Assembly (NCBI RefSeq): GCF_900232105.1
Contig: NZ_LT934425.1
Span: 2,190,001 to 2,222,000, forward strand
From: Candidatus Kuenenia stuttgartensis
Lineage (GTDB): Bacteria; Planctomycetota; Brocadiia; Brocadiales; Brocadiaceae
Reading direction: 5' to 3'
DNA length: 32,000 bases
The notes under the pieces were generated by a model. It had not been told where the DNA came from, made no database searches, and was given only the letters and a program-made list of their open reading frames with translations. The first letter of the stretch is position 1; each line of letters opens with the position of its first letter. The translations under genes were made by a program, and so were the position numbers. This document shows, in pieces, positions 1 through 8,495 of the stretch.

Positions 1-175
1 AGGATGTTAACATATACAAAAAAATCTTTCAAGGCTTTTCCTTTTTAATAAAGCAACCTATTGCACTTATTGAGGTGTTAATTGTTCCTTGTAATTTCTG
101 AAATATCGATGTATTATGAAACTCTTTATTTTATTAGAAAACGAGTAGCATCGCAGAGAAATAATAAGGTTTTGT

Positions 176-1516
176 GTGGATATAAAAGAGGAAGAGTACG
201 GGAAAATCGAAGACGCCAGGATGCCTTTAGGCTCACATTTGGAAGAGTTGCGGCGTAGAGTCTTTTATTCTATCATCGCAATTATTTTCTGTTTTATATT
301 ATGCTGGGTCTTTAAGCTGCACATTTTGGATATAGTAAAGCGGCCTCATGGCATTGCTATGCATAAGCTGGGACTTTCCACCGAATTGCAAGTGCTGAGT
401 TATCAGGAAGGTTTTTACGCATACATGAAGCTGTGCTTCATCAGCGCCATTTTTTTAATGTATCCCCTTATCATTTATCAGGCATGGAGATTTGTCAGCG
501 CGGGGCTGTATGCGAAGGAAAAAAGGTACATTCTCGTTTTCTTCCCGGTTTCATACATTGCTTTCGTTATGGGCGGGCTTTTCGGATATTATTTATTAAT
601 CCCCTTTGGCTTGCAATTTTTAATAAGCATCCTTGGCCCCGGCATTCAACCCATCATTACGATGCAACAATATGTGTCGTTTGTTTTCCTGCTGACGGTC
701 GCGCTTGGGCTGGTATTTCAACTACCTCTTGTAATGCTGCTTTTGTCAAAGATAGGATTCGTATCTGCAGATAACTTTATTAAGTGGAGAAAATATTCAA
801 TACTTGTTATTTTCATTATTGCTGCCATAGTAACACCGCCAGACCCTTTTACCCAGACAATGACAGCCGCCCCAATGATCCTGTTGTATGAATTAGGGAT
901 ACTCGTGGCAAAACCAACAAAAAAGGGGTTTATTTTACTTGGTATGGTTGTTGGGCTTGGTATTGTCGCCCTCGCGGCAGCATATTTTTATTTTACACAT
1001 ACACGAGGAATGATAGACCTTTCCCGCGTCTATGGGAATATGCAATTACAAAAGGCCGAAGATCATAAGTGGAAAAAGGTATCCTCTGTTGACCGCTTCC
1101 ATAGCGGCGTTGTTCTCAAAACCGGCGACGGAGAGAAGTCTTCATTTTCGACTAAAAATGGGATTGGCGTAAACATGGATTCGAATACCGAAATGTACTT
1201 TATTGATCCATGGAAAATTAACCTCCAAAAAGGGCAAATATTTCTCTCCCTTGCAAACTTGAAAAAAAATCTGGAGATTCTTACCCTAAATGGAAAGATT
1301 GTGGCAGATAACGGAATTTTTAATGTCCGGATAACGGAGTACGCCACTATTGTTACTGCGGTAAAGGGAGAAGCCACATTAATGCTGGAAGGTGAAACAA
1401 AAAAATTGCTTGAGGGCAGACAGCGCAAAATGGCTGCCGGGGGAGAACCCGTGGATATTCATTCCATAATTGATTGGTCTGAAGGCATCATAACGGATGT
1501 ACAGGGCAAAGAATAA
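176..1516 (+). CDS. tatC: Sec-independent translocase TatC with a C-terminal FecR-like extracytoplasmic extension
   Basis: N-terminal part has the TatC hallmark MPLGSHLEELRRRV and multiple TM helices, including the AIVTPPDPFTQ segment. After the last TM (about aa 290) a ~150 aa soluble region shows a FecR-like pattern (VVLKTGDGEKSSFST...NGIFNVRITEYATIVTAVKGEATLMLEG...). GTG start. Confidence 0.88.
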   Translation: MDIKEEEYGKIEDARMPLGSHLEELRRRVFYSIIAIIFCFILCWVFKLHILDIVKRPHGIAMHKLGLSTELQVLSYQEGFYAYMKLCFISAIFLMYPLIIYQAWRFVSAGLYAKEKRYILVFFPVSYIAFVMGGLFGYYLLIPFGLQFLISILGPGIQPIITMQQYVSFVFLLTVALGLVFQLPLVMLLLSKIGFVSADNFIKWRKYSILVIFIIAAIVTPPDPFTQTMTAAPMILLYELGILVAKPTKKGFILLGMVVGLGIVALAAAYFYFTHTRGMIDLSRVYGNMQLQKAEDHKWKKVSSVDRFHSGVVLKTGDGEKSSFSTKNGIGVNMDSNTEMYFIDPWKINLQKGQIFLSLANLKKNLEILTLNGKIVADNGIFNVRITEYATIVTAVKGEATLMLEGETKKLLEGRQRKMAAGGEPVDIHSIIDWSEGIITDVQGKE

Positions 1517-1653
1517 AACAGCGGAACTCCTCAATAAGTATAACTATTCAGCGTAAACATTACACGACTCCCTGCGGGTTCAGGTTACAAACCAATGTCA
1601 TTAAGTTAAGAATTATTGTAACACTTTGGTTTAAAAAAAAACGTATTACCGAT

Positions 1654-1767
1654 AAGCTCCGTAGGAGCAACCTGTTTGTAGTAGATAGAATACCATAACA
1701 GATATTAGCTCCGTCAGGAGCGGCCTGTCTTCCTGTCAATCATATACAGGCCGCTCCTACGGAGCTA
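1654..1767. repeat. REP-like palindromic repeats (AGCTCCGTAGGAGC module, three occurrences)
   Basis: AGCTCCGTAGGAGCAACCTGTTT at about 1655. Then hairpin arms TAGCTCCGTCAGGAGCGGCCTGT (1707..1729 approx.) and ACAGGCCGCTCCTACGGAGCTA (1746..1767), complementary except for one bulged base. Confidence 0.75.
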
Positions 1768-1910
1768 TTTACCTGTTGAATTTTATTGTGCTACAAACAG
1801 ACCGCCCCTAAAGGGGCTACATTGTTTTTTATATCCCCTTGAATTTTTCAAATAACTAAGGTGTTAAGAATTATTTTATTAAAAACAACCCCCTTTTCCC
1901 CCTTTATTAA

Positions 1911-4221
1911 CTGGGGATGACCCATATTTTTTGCTGGACACCGTGTTAACCGTATGTTACACTGTGTACATGCATAGAGTAGGAGGTCGAATATTTTCAG
2001 ATGATGTAATAAAGCGTTTATCAGAAACTATCCAAAAGGAACCGTGCCTATCGCGTCGTAAACTGTCGCGTCTGGTATGCGAATGGATGGACTGGCGGAA
2101 TCAAGCGGGCCGTTTGCAAGAGATGAGTTGTCGCAAGGCGTTGTTGGAATTGGATCGTCGTAAAGAGATCAATCTTCCAAAGGTGAACAGGCATTATGCA
2201 TTTCAAAAAGTCAATAAACCTGCGGAGGCGCCTCCGATTGCGGAAGTGTCATGCGAGCTAGCGGAGTTGGGTGACGTAGAGATTATACGGGTTACAACGA
2301 GAATCCATTCGAAACTTTGGCGTAGCATGTTAGAAGCGCATCATTATCTTGGAAGTGGGCCCCTATGCGGGGCGCAACTTCGGTATCTTGTACGCAGTGA
2401 ATATTACGGATGGATAGGAGGGCTAAGTTATAGTGCCTGTGCCAGACGGGTGGAAAGTCGCGACGAGTGGATAGGATGGACGGAGGAAGCACGTAAGCGG
2501 AATCATACGTTTGTTATCAATAACAGTCGGTATTTAATAGCGCCTACGGTAAGAGTAAAATGTTTGGCATCGCATGTATTGGCAAAATGCCAAACACGTT
2601 TGGTAGATGATTGGGAAAGAGTGTATAAATATCGTCCTGTACTTTTAGAAACCTATGTGGAACGAGGACGGTTTTCCGGAAGCTGTTATCTGGCAGCTAA
2701 CTGGAAGTATGTAGGAGGCACGGAAGGTCGAGGACGAAAAGGAACAGGTGCAACGGTCAAAGACGTTTATGTTATGCCGTTGCAAAAGAAATGGCAGGCG
2801 GTGTTGTGTTGTTGTGCCGATGGCAAAGTACATGTTCGCCAAAGAGTGGCACAAAAAGAGCCTCGGGATTGGATAGAAGCGGAACTTGGAGGAACAAAAT
2901 TGGGCGATGCACGATTGACCTCAAGACTTTTAGAAATGACAGGTATGTTTTATGACAAACCTTTGGCAAACATTCCGCAGGCGTGCGGCTCAGTCAGTGC
3001 GACTAAGGCTGCATACCGATTCCTTGACAATGAGAATGTAGATTGGAAGGCGATATTGCAAGCTCATTATGAGGCCACGGAAGAGCGTGTGAAGGAGAAT
3101 AGTTTGGTTTTGGTAGCGCAAGATACTACGACTCTGAATTATAGCACACATCCGAATACGCAGGGGTTAGGGCCGATAGGTACTAAGAGTAAAAAAGTTC
3201 GTGGACTGATGGTGCATGATACGATGGCGTTTACTGAAAGTGGCACACCCTTGGGACTTCTGAATGTGCAATGCTGGGCGCGGGACGGAATAGGCAGCAA
3301 ACATAAACGACACAAGAAGCCTATCGAAGAGAAGGAAAGCTGGAAATGGGTGGAGAGTTACCATGCAGTATCGCAAGTACAGAAACGCTGTCGAAACAAA
3401 TCTTTGCTGGTGGTTGTGGCAGATCGTGAGGCCGATATTCACGAGGTATTCGCTGAGCAGTATAATACGCCTGATGGCGCTCAGTTGCTGATCCGTGCAG
3501 AACGTTCGCGCAATAGAAAGGTTGTTGATGATAAAGAATCATGCGAGTTTTTGTGGACTAAACTGGAACAGCAACCGGCGATGCCTGTTACGCTACGCCC
3601 ACCTATGCTAAAAAAGAATATGCCTGCGGTCAGGGTGTGGGCGGTGCTGGCGCAGGAAGTCAATCCGCCTATCGGAATTGATGGGTTAGAATGGATGCTG
3701 TTAACCACAGTTGCGGTTAAGCAAGAAAAAGATGCTTACGAACGTTTGGAATGGTATGCTCGCCGATGGGGTATTGAGTGTTATCATCGTATTATCAAGA
3801 GCGGTTGTCGTGTCGAGGCCCGGCAGTTGGAGAGTGCTCGTCGTCTATGCAACGCTTTGGCCATTGATATGATTATAGCTTGGCGTATCCATTACCTGAC
3901 TACTTTAGGACAAGAAACACCTGATGTCCCTTGTACTGTCTACTTCAGCGATTCTGAATGGAAAGCATTGACAACTTTTGCGAACAAGGTCAAGGAGCCT
4001 CCTGATTTACCTCCAAGCCTCAATGATGCCGTGCGGCTTTTAGGTAAACTTGGCGGTCATCTGGGTCGCCGTGGTGATGGCCATCCCGGAAGTGAAGTAC
4101 TTTGGCGAGGCATGTCACGTTTGGCTGATATTGAAGTTGCTTACGAACTTTACACCACTTAGCCTTCAGCTCAATTGGCCGTACAACTACGGTGCTCTTG
4201 AAATTTGTGGGTAAAGATTAG
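1911..4221 (+). mobile_element. Insertion sequence, IS4-like (Tn5/IS50-type transposase), about 2.3 kb
   Basis: Encodes a single large transposase. Flanked by the 9-bp direct repeat CTTTATTAA (1902..1910 and 4222..4230). The termini are imperfect inverted repeats with a conserved core at the same offset: left CTGGGGATGACCCA, right (reverse complement) CTAATCTTTACCCA. Confidence 0.8.
1931..4162 (+). CDS. IS4-family (Tn5-like) transposase with N-terminal DruA/DUF4338-like domain
   Basis: The first ~290 aa resemble DruA/DUF4338 (LSRRKLSRLVCEWMDWRNQAGRLQEMSCRKALLELDRRKEINLP...HHYLGSGPLCGAQLRYLV...YGWIGGLSYSACARRVESRDEWIGW). It continues into a Tn5-type transposase (LGDARLTSRLLEMTGMFYDKPLANIPQACGSVSATKAAYRFLDN...VLVAQDTTTLNY...ADREADIHEVF...WYARRWGIECYHRIIKSGC). 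Confidence 0.85.
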   Translation: MLDTVLTVCYTVYMHRVGGRIFSDDVIKRLSETIQKEPCLSRRKLSRLVCEWMDWRNQAGRLQEMSCRKALLELDRRKEINLPKVNRHYAFQKVNKPAEAPPIAEVSCELAELGDVEIIRVTTRIHSKLWRSMLEAHHYLGSGPLCGAQLRYLVRSEYYGWIGGLSYSACARRVESRDEWIGWTEEARKRNHTFVINNSRYLIAPTVRVKCLASHVLAKCQTRLVDDWERVYKYRPVLLETYVERGRFSGSCYLAANWKYVGGTEGRGRKGTGATVKDVYVMPLQKKWQAVLCCCADGKVHVRQRVAQKEPRDWIEAELGGTKLGDARLTSRLLEMTGMFYDKPLANIPQACGSVSATKAAYRFLDNENVDWKAILQAHYEATEERVKENSLVLVAQDTTTLNYSTHPNTQGLGPIGTKSKKVRGLMVHDTMAFTESGTPLGLLNVQCWARDGIGSKHKRHKKPIEEKESWKWVESYHAVSQVQKRCRNKSLLVVVADREADIHEVFAEQYNTPDGAQLLIRAERSRNRKVVDDKESCEFLWTKLEQQPAMPVTLRPPMLKKNMPAVRVWAVLAQEVNPPIGIDGLEWMLLTTVAVKQEKDAYERLEWYARRWGIECYHRIIKSGCRVEARQLESARRLCNALAIDMIIAWRIHYLTTLGQETPDVPCTVYFSDSEWKALTTFANKVKEPPDLPPSLNDAVRLLGKLGGHLGRRGDGHPGSEVLWRGMSRLADIEVAYELYTT

Positions 4222-4578
4222 CTTTATTAAGGGGGACTTTTCTGGCAGGTTGCTTAACTTAATGACATTGGGTTACAAACCGGAACCCGCGAATGTAGTT
4301 TCCCGTGCCATTACGTTCCCAAACAGACACTTCACTATGTTCAGTACAAGGTTTGAGAACGAGTTGTGCTTCGGTAGTTTAATAGATTACGCTGAATAGT
4401 TACCAATAAGTTGAGGTAAACAACCCCCTTGCTTCCTTATTAATGGGAAATGCTGTACAGTTGGCAGTCGGCAAATTACAGACGGCAGTCTGTAGAAATT
4501 ATTATAAAAACCACAGCTTATTGAGAAGTTACAAAACAATTTTTATGCCGTTTTCGTATAGGTAAACATTGAAGTTCG

Positions 4579-6018
4579 TTGAAAGGGATTAAAATGTATA
4601 AATCAGTAAAACTGCACAAATGCCAGGCAGCATATATTGCTGTACTATTTTCTTCCATACTGTTTTTTCAAAACCTTGCCGTAGCGGCATGGTCGACCAG
4701 TCCTCTTGAGAATACGGCAATTTGTACTGCCAAGGGACAACAAAGCGCAATCCAGGCGATAGGTGACGGCGTAGGCGGCGCTATTATAGTATGGGAAGAT
4801 ACCCGTAATGTTCACTTTGATATTTTTGCACAGCGAATTGATGCAAAGGGAAATGTGCTGTGGCAGAAAAATGGCGTGCCTGTGTGCCTGGCAGAAGAAA
4901 ACCAGAGGCAGCCGAAAATTATCAGCGACGGAGCAGGCGGCGTTATTATTACATGGCACGATTTGCGCCGCGGGATTAGTGACAGTGATATTTATGCGCA
5001 AAGGATTGATGCAAGCGGAAGTCCCCTGTGGAAAGTGGATGGGATAACGGTATGTGATGAAATTAATGAGCAAGACAGCCCGTGCATCGTTACGGACGGA
5101 GCAGGCGGCGCTATTATCATATGGCAGGATACCAGGACAAATTATGATGATTTGTATGCACAGAGAATCAATCACAATGGAGAGGTATTGTGGAAAGAGA
5201 ATGGCGTTCCTGTTTGTCTGGTATATGGGTCCCAAAGCGCGCCCGTTGCCGTAGAAGATGGCCACGGTGGCGCTGTTATCGTGTGGCAGGATTTCAGAAA
5301 AACATTCGCCGATCTCTATGCCCAGCGAATCGATAGCAGCGGCAGTATTTTGTGGGACAAAGCAGGCGTTACCGTATGCGGTGCGCGGGGACACGAGAGC
5401 TATCCCGTTATCACTGGCAACGGCGCGGAAGGCGCAATCATTGCCTGGATGGATATGCGAAATGACAATACCGATATTTTTGCACAACAATTGGATGGAA
5501 ATGGCGACATCATATGGGAGACGGACGGCATTCCCATTTCAATCGCACAGGAAAAACAGGATTATCCGGTGATTGCAACGGATGGAGCAGGGGGCGCGAT
5601 TATTGCATGGTGGGATTTACGCAGCGGAAAATATGATATTTACGCTCAACGCGTTGACCTTGAAGGAAATTCCTTGTGGAAGGACGACGGATTGCCTGTA
5701 TGTATTGAAGCCGGCATTCAGAATTATGTAGCAATCGCCGGGGATGGCGCAGGCGGCGCTATTTTATCCTGGAACGATAATCGATCTTCATCATTTGATA
5801 TCTATGCACAAAGAATTGATTCCGGCGGCAATTCCCTTTGGAACAATAACGGTACGCTGGTGAGCGCTGCAGAGGATACACAATGTTATTCAGCTATTGT
5901 GGGTGACGGAAATGGCGGCGCAATTATTGTGTGGCAAGACGAACGTAATACGGATAAGAGTTATTGGGATATCTATGTCCAGAAAATTAACGCGGCAGGA
6001 TTATTGGGGACTCAATAA
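4579..6018 (+). CDS. Secreted repeat protein, eight ~50 aa units, probably beta-propeller-like (likely start at 4594)
   Basis: N-terminal signal-like segment MYKSVKLHKCQAAYIAVLFSSILFFQNLAVAAW. Eight copies of the consensus DGAGGAIIxWxDxRxxxxDIYAQRIDxxGNxLWxxxGxPVC. Confidence 0.8.
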   Translation: MKGIKMYKSVKLHKCQAAYIAVLFSSILFFQNLAVAAWSTSPLENTAICTAKGQQSAIQAIGDGVGGAIIVWEDTRNVHFDIFAQRIDAKGNVLWQKNGVPVCLAEENQRQPKIISDGAGGVIITWHDLRRGISDSDIYAQRIDASGSPLWKVDGITVCDEINEQDSPCIVTDGAGGAIIIWQDTRTNYDDLYAQRINHNGEVLWKENGVPVCLVYGSQSAPVAVEDGHGGAVIVWQDFRKTFADLYAQRIDSSGSILWDKAGVTVCGARGHESYPVITGNGAEGAIIAWMDMRNDNTDIFAQQLDGNGDIIWETDGIPISIAQEKQDYPVIATDGAGGAIIAWWDLRSGKYDIYAQRVDLEGNSLWKDDGLPVCIEAGIQNYVAIAGDGAGGAILSWNDNRSSSFDIYAQRIDSGGNSLWNNNGTLVSAAEDTQCYSAIVGDGNGGAIIVWQDERNTDKSYWDIYVQKINAAGLLGTQ

Positions 6019-6097
6019 CTTTTTGGCAAATTGTGGTAGTTGGTAGTTGTGGAATTGTCCCGGTAAAAAATTTGAAGATTTCCATTTTTTGAAAAAG

Positions 6098-6172
6098 TAG
6101 GGGGAGAAGCATTTGTCAGTTCGGGCACGAACTCATTTATGACAATTTATAGCAAATGCTTCACCCCTATAC
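6098..6172. terminator. Nested inverted repeat between convergent genes; possible bidirectional terminator or repeat element
   Basis: Outer arms TAGGGGGAGAAGCATTTG and CAAATGCTTCACCCCTA, middle arms TTGTCA and TGACAA, inner arms AGTTCG and CGAACT. Lies between the stop at 6018 (+) and the stop at 6180 (-). Confidence 0.5.
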
Positions 6173-6179
6173 TGTGAAA

Positions 6180-6962
6180 CTACCAGCCAACAGCCTTTTG
6201 CCCATTGTATCTGCCAAACATATCCTGCAATTTGTAAAAAATATCCTTTATGGCAGCCATATTATTCATGGCATACAGGTTCCATGAATATTGGAATTGT
6301 TCTATAGGCCGTAAAAAATCTTCGGCGTCTTCTTCCGCTACCTTGTTTACCGCCGCGTGCTCCAGCCTTAAAGTAGGAATGCGCTCCTCATTTTTACTAA
6401 TAAGTTCAGCGGGGATGATACCATTCCATTCTCTGGAAAAACCTTCTACGATATAGGCCTCCCCATATTTATCAAACAATTGATACCATACATGCGCAAA
6501 GGCGGTCAGATTATTCTTATCTATTACCCATCCCCATACGATTTCCCCGTCAATCTCTAATTTTTCCAATTGTGAAAAGAAGAGAAATACAGAGTCCTCG
6601 CAATCGCCTTGTTTCCGTTGTGCGGTTTCTATGGGTGTTTGCCAATAATCTGTTTTTGGGGGGTCGGCGTGATATTCCAAAGCAAATGCTATTTCTTTGT
6701 ACGCTTCGTATATTTGTTCTCCATTAACAAATGTATTCGCGCACCATTCCCGGTAAAGCAAACTTTCCGGCAGGATGCAATCTTTGTTTTCACCATTCAA
6801 GGGAAATGTATTTATCTGCCACGTATCATGTACAGGTTTATACCCTTTTCCCTCTAAAAACAAATCCGCATACGAAATATCAGCAAATACCCCTGCGCAA
6901 AAAGAAGTCGCTATCACTAGGGAAGCAATCATTGAACCGATGAAATACTTCATACTATTCAC
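6180..6962 (-). CDS. Transglutaminase-like cysteine protease-type protein with signal peptide
   Basis: Signal-like N-terminus. TPIETAQRKQGDCEDSVFLFFSQL matches the Cys motif, and FAHVWYQLFDKYGEAYIVE gives His/Asp-type positions. Confidence 0.65.
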   Translation of the reverse strand: MNSMKYFIGSMIASLVIATSFCAGVFADISYADLFLEGKGYKPVHDTWQINTFPLNGENKDCILPESLLYREWCANTFVNGEQIYEAYKEIAFALEYHADPPKTDYWQTPIETAQRKQGDCEDSVFLFFSQLEKLEIDGEIVWGWVIDKNNLTAFAHVWYQLFDKYGEAYIVEGFSREWNGIIPAELISKNEERIPTLRLEHAAVNKVAEEDAEDFLRPIEQFQYSWNLYAMNNMAAIKDIFYKLQDMFGRYNGQKAVGW

Positions 6963-7031
6963 CTCCTCATATACAATTTTGGAGAATGCACACAGCCCTT
7001 TAATTTCTACTTTAACGAAAGTGTTTAAAAA

Positions 7032-8024
7032 TTATTCCTTTAGCCATCGTGCGGCATCTTTTGCCCAGTAGGTAAGAATAATGTCCGCACCCGCCCGTTT
7101 GATTGCGGTGAGTATTTCAAGCGCAACACGTTTTTCGTCAATCCATCCTTTTTCTGCCGCAGCCTTAACAATGGAAAATTCTCCGCTGACATTATATGCT
7201 GCGATAGGATAATTAAAGTTTTCTTTCAGATTGCGGATAATATCCAAATAGGCCAGCGCTGGTTTTACCATAACGATGTCCGCTCCTTCCTCAATGTCCA
7301 AAGAAACCTCCCGCAACGCTTCCACCGCATTGTGCGAGTCCATCTGATACGATGAGCGGTCTCCCATTTCCGGAGTAGATTCTGCCGCCTCCCGGAAAGG
7401 GCCGTAAAATCCTGAAGCATATTTTGCGGAGTATGCCATAATCGGTATCTGGCGGAACCCTTCCCGGTCAAGCGCTTCTCTTATCGTGCCGATGCGGCCA
7501 TCCATCATATCGCTAGGCGCTATGATATCCGCCCCCGCATTTGCGTGTGAAACCGCCTCTTTTGCCAGGAGTTCCAGTGTCTTATCATTGTCGATCTCAA
7601 AGTGTCCTGTATGTTCATCCGCCTTGAGGAATCCACAGTGTCCATGGCTAGTGTACTCGCACATGCAAACATCCGTAAGTACCAGTATATCTCTTGCCTC
7701 TTTTTTTATTGCCGTAATTGCTTTCTGTATGATGCCGGCATCAGAATATGCGTCAGAGCCCAGTTCGTCTTTCACTTCAGGGATGCCAAAGAGGATTATG
7801 CCGGGAATCCCTATTGCTTCCAATTCCTTTACCTCTTCCGTAAGAATATCGACAGACATCTGGTAGTTACCGGGCATAGAGGGTATCGGTTGTTTAATGC
7901 CCTTGCCCGGCCTTACAAAAAGCGGCATAATTAAATCATCCACAGAGAGATGCGTTTCCCGCACCAGCCTTCTTATATTTTCATTCTGACGTAATCTTCG
8001 CAATCTTTGTTTCGGGAAGCTCAT
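7032..8024 (-). CDS. hemB: Delta-aminolevulinic acid dehydratase (porphobilinogen synthase); track ORF extends to 8084, likely start at 8024
   Basis: [34 protein letters not shown]; [19 protein letters not shown]; [18 protein letters not shown]; [39 protein letters not shown]. Confidence 0.97.
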   Translation of the reverse strand: MSFPKQRLRRLRQNENIRRLVRETHLSVDDLIMPLFVRPGKGIKQPIPSMPGNYQMSVDILTEEVKELEAIGIPGIILFGIPEVKDELGSDAYSDAGIIQKAITAIKKEARDILVLTDVCMCEYTSHGHCGFLKADEHTGHFEIDNDKTLELLAKEAVSHANAGADIIAPSDMMDGRIGTIREALDREGFRQIPIMAYSAKYASGFYGPFREAAESTPEMGDRSSYQMDSHNAVEALREVSLDIEEGADIVMVKPALAYLDIIRNLKENFNYPIAAYNVSGEFSIVKAAAEKGWIDEKRVALEILTAIKRAGADIILTYWAKDAARWLKE

Positions 8025-8495
8025 TTTTTCGTTCCTTATAAATTTTTTGTAAAAGTATAAAAATATTATAGTAAATACCATCATAAAAAAAAATTAAAAA
8101 GTTACTCATTCACCGCATGTTAGTTTACAGGAATTTTAGATTTTAGATTAATTCAAAATCCATAATTTAAAATTTTATCACGCCAAATTACCGCTAAATT
8201 TCTAAAATCAGTCTGACCTGGATATTTGCGCGGCGCCCGGAACTGTCGCCAAACGTGATAGGAATTCTTTGATGAGGCAAGAGCACGCGAGCCAGAATTA
8301 AAACATGAGCCATGTCTTCCGTTGCAAAGAACGCAAGAAAGGGGTTCTGAACGTACGGTAGTGTTGACCCTGTCAGGATTGTTTTGCCATGACCCCATGA
8401 ACGGTTACAAAAAACGGGGTGCGCGGGAGAACGGCGAATTTCTTACAAAAGCAACCCCTGTGACCCGGGATTTACTGAAATTCTGAATAGAAATG

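Larger units (their letters stand above)
1540..4403. mobile_element. Candidate non-autonomous or degraded element with inverted termini, interrupted by the nested IS at 1911..4221
   Basis: Left end (A)TAACTATTCAGCGTAA at 1540; right end TTACGCTGAATAGTTA(C) to 4403, which is the reverse complement. Both are flanked by the 8-bp direct repeat CAATAAGT (1532..1539 and 4404..4411). The inner inverted pair CTTAACTTAATGACATTGG is at 1592..1610 and 4253..4271. Confidence 0.6.

Noticed and set aside
433-774. 113-aa ORF inside tatC, plus many other short ORFs overlapping confident genes (for example 1063..1428, 3167..3442, 4645..5490, 4808..5047, 7486..7866, 14249-region antisense ORFs)
   Set aside because: They overlap a well-supported CDS in another frame or on the opposite strand and show no recognisable protein features.
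1931-4162. A Druantia anti-phage defence locus
   Set aside because: The DruA-like region is fused to a transposase and bounded by IS ends. No DruB-E or helicase gene is nearby, so a defence system is not supported.
4205-4399. 64-aa ORF downstream of the transposase
   Set aside because: Lies across the IS end and the right part of the older repeat element, so it looks like a chance ORF.
4594-6018. Repeated sequence considered as CRISPR-like or minisatellite DNA
   Set aside because: The periodicity (~150-160 bp) follows protein repeat units and diverges at the DNA level. There are no short identical repeats with unique spacers. No CRISPR array seen anywhere in the window.
8153-8398. 81-aa minus-strand ORF between hemB and pgl
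   Set aside because: No recognisable motif or convincing start context; probably non-coding or degraded sequence.
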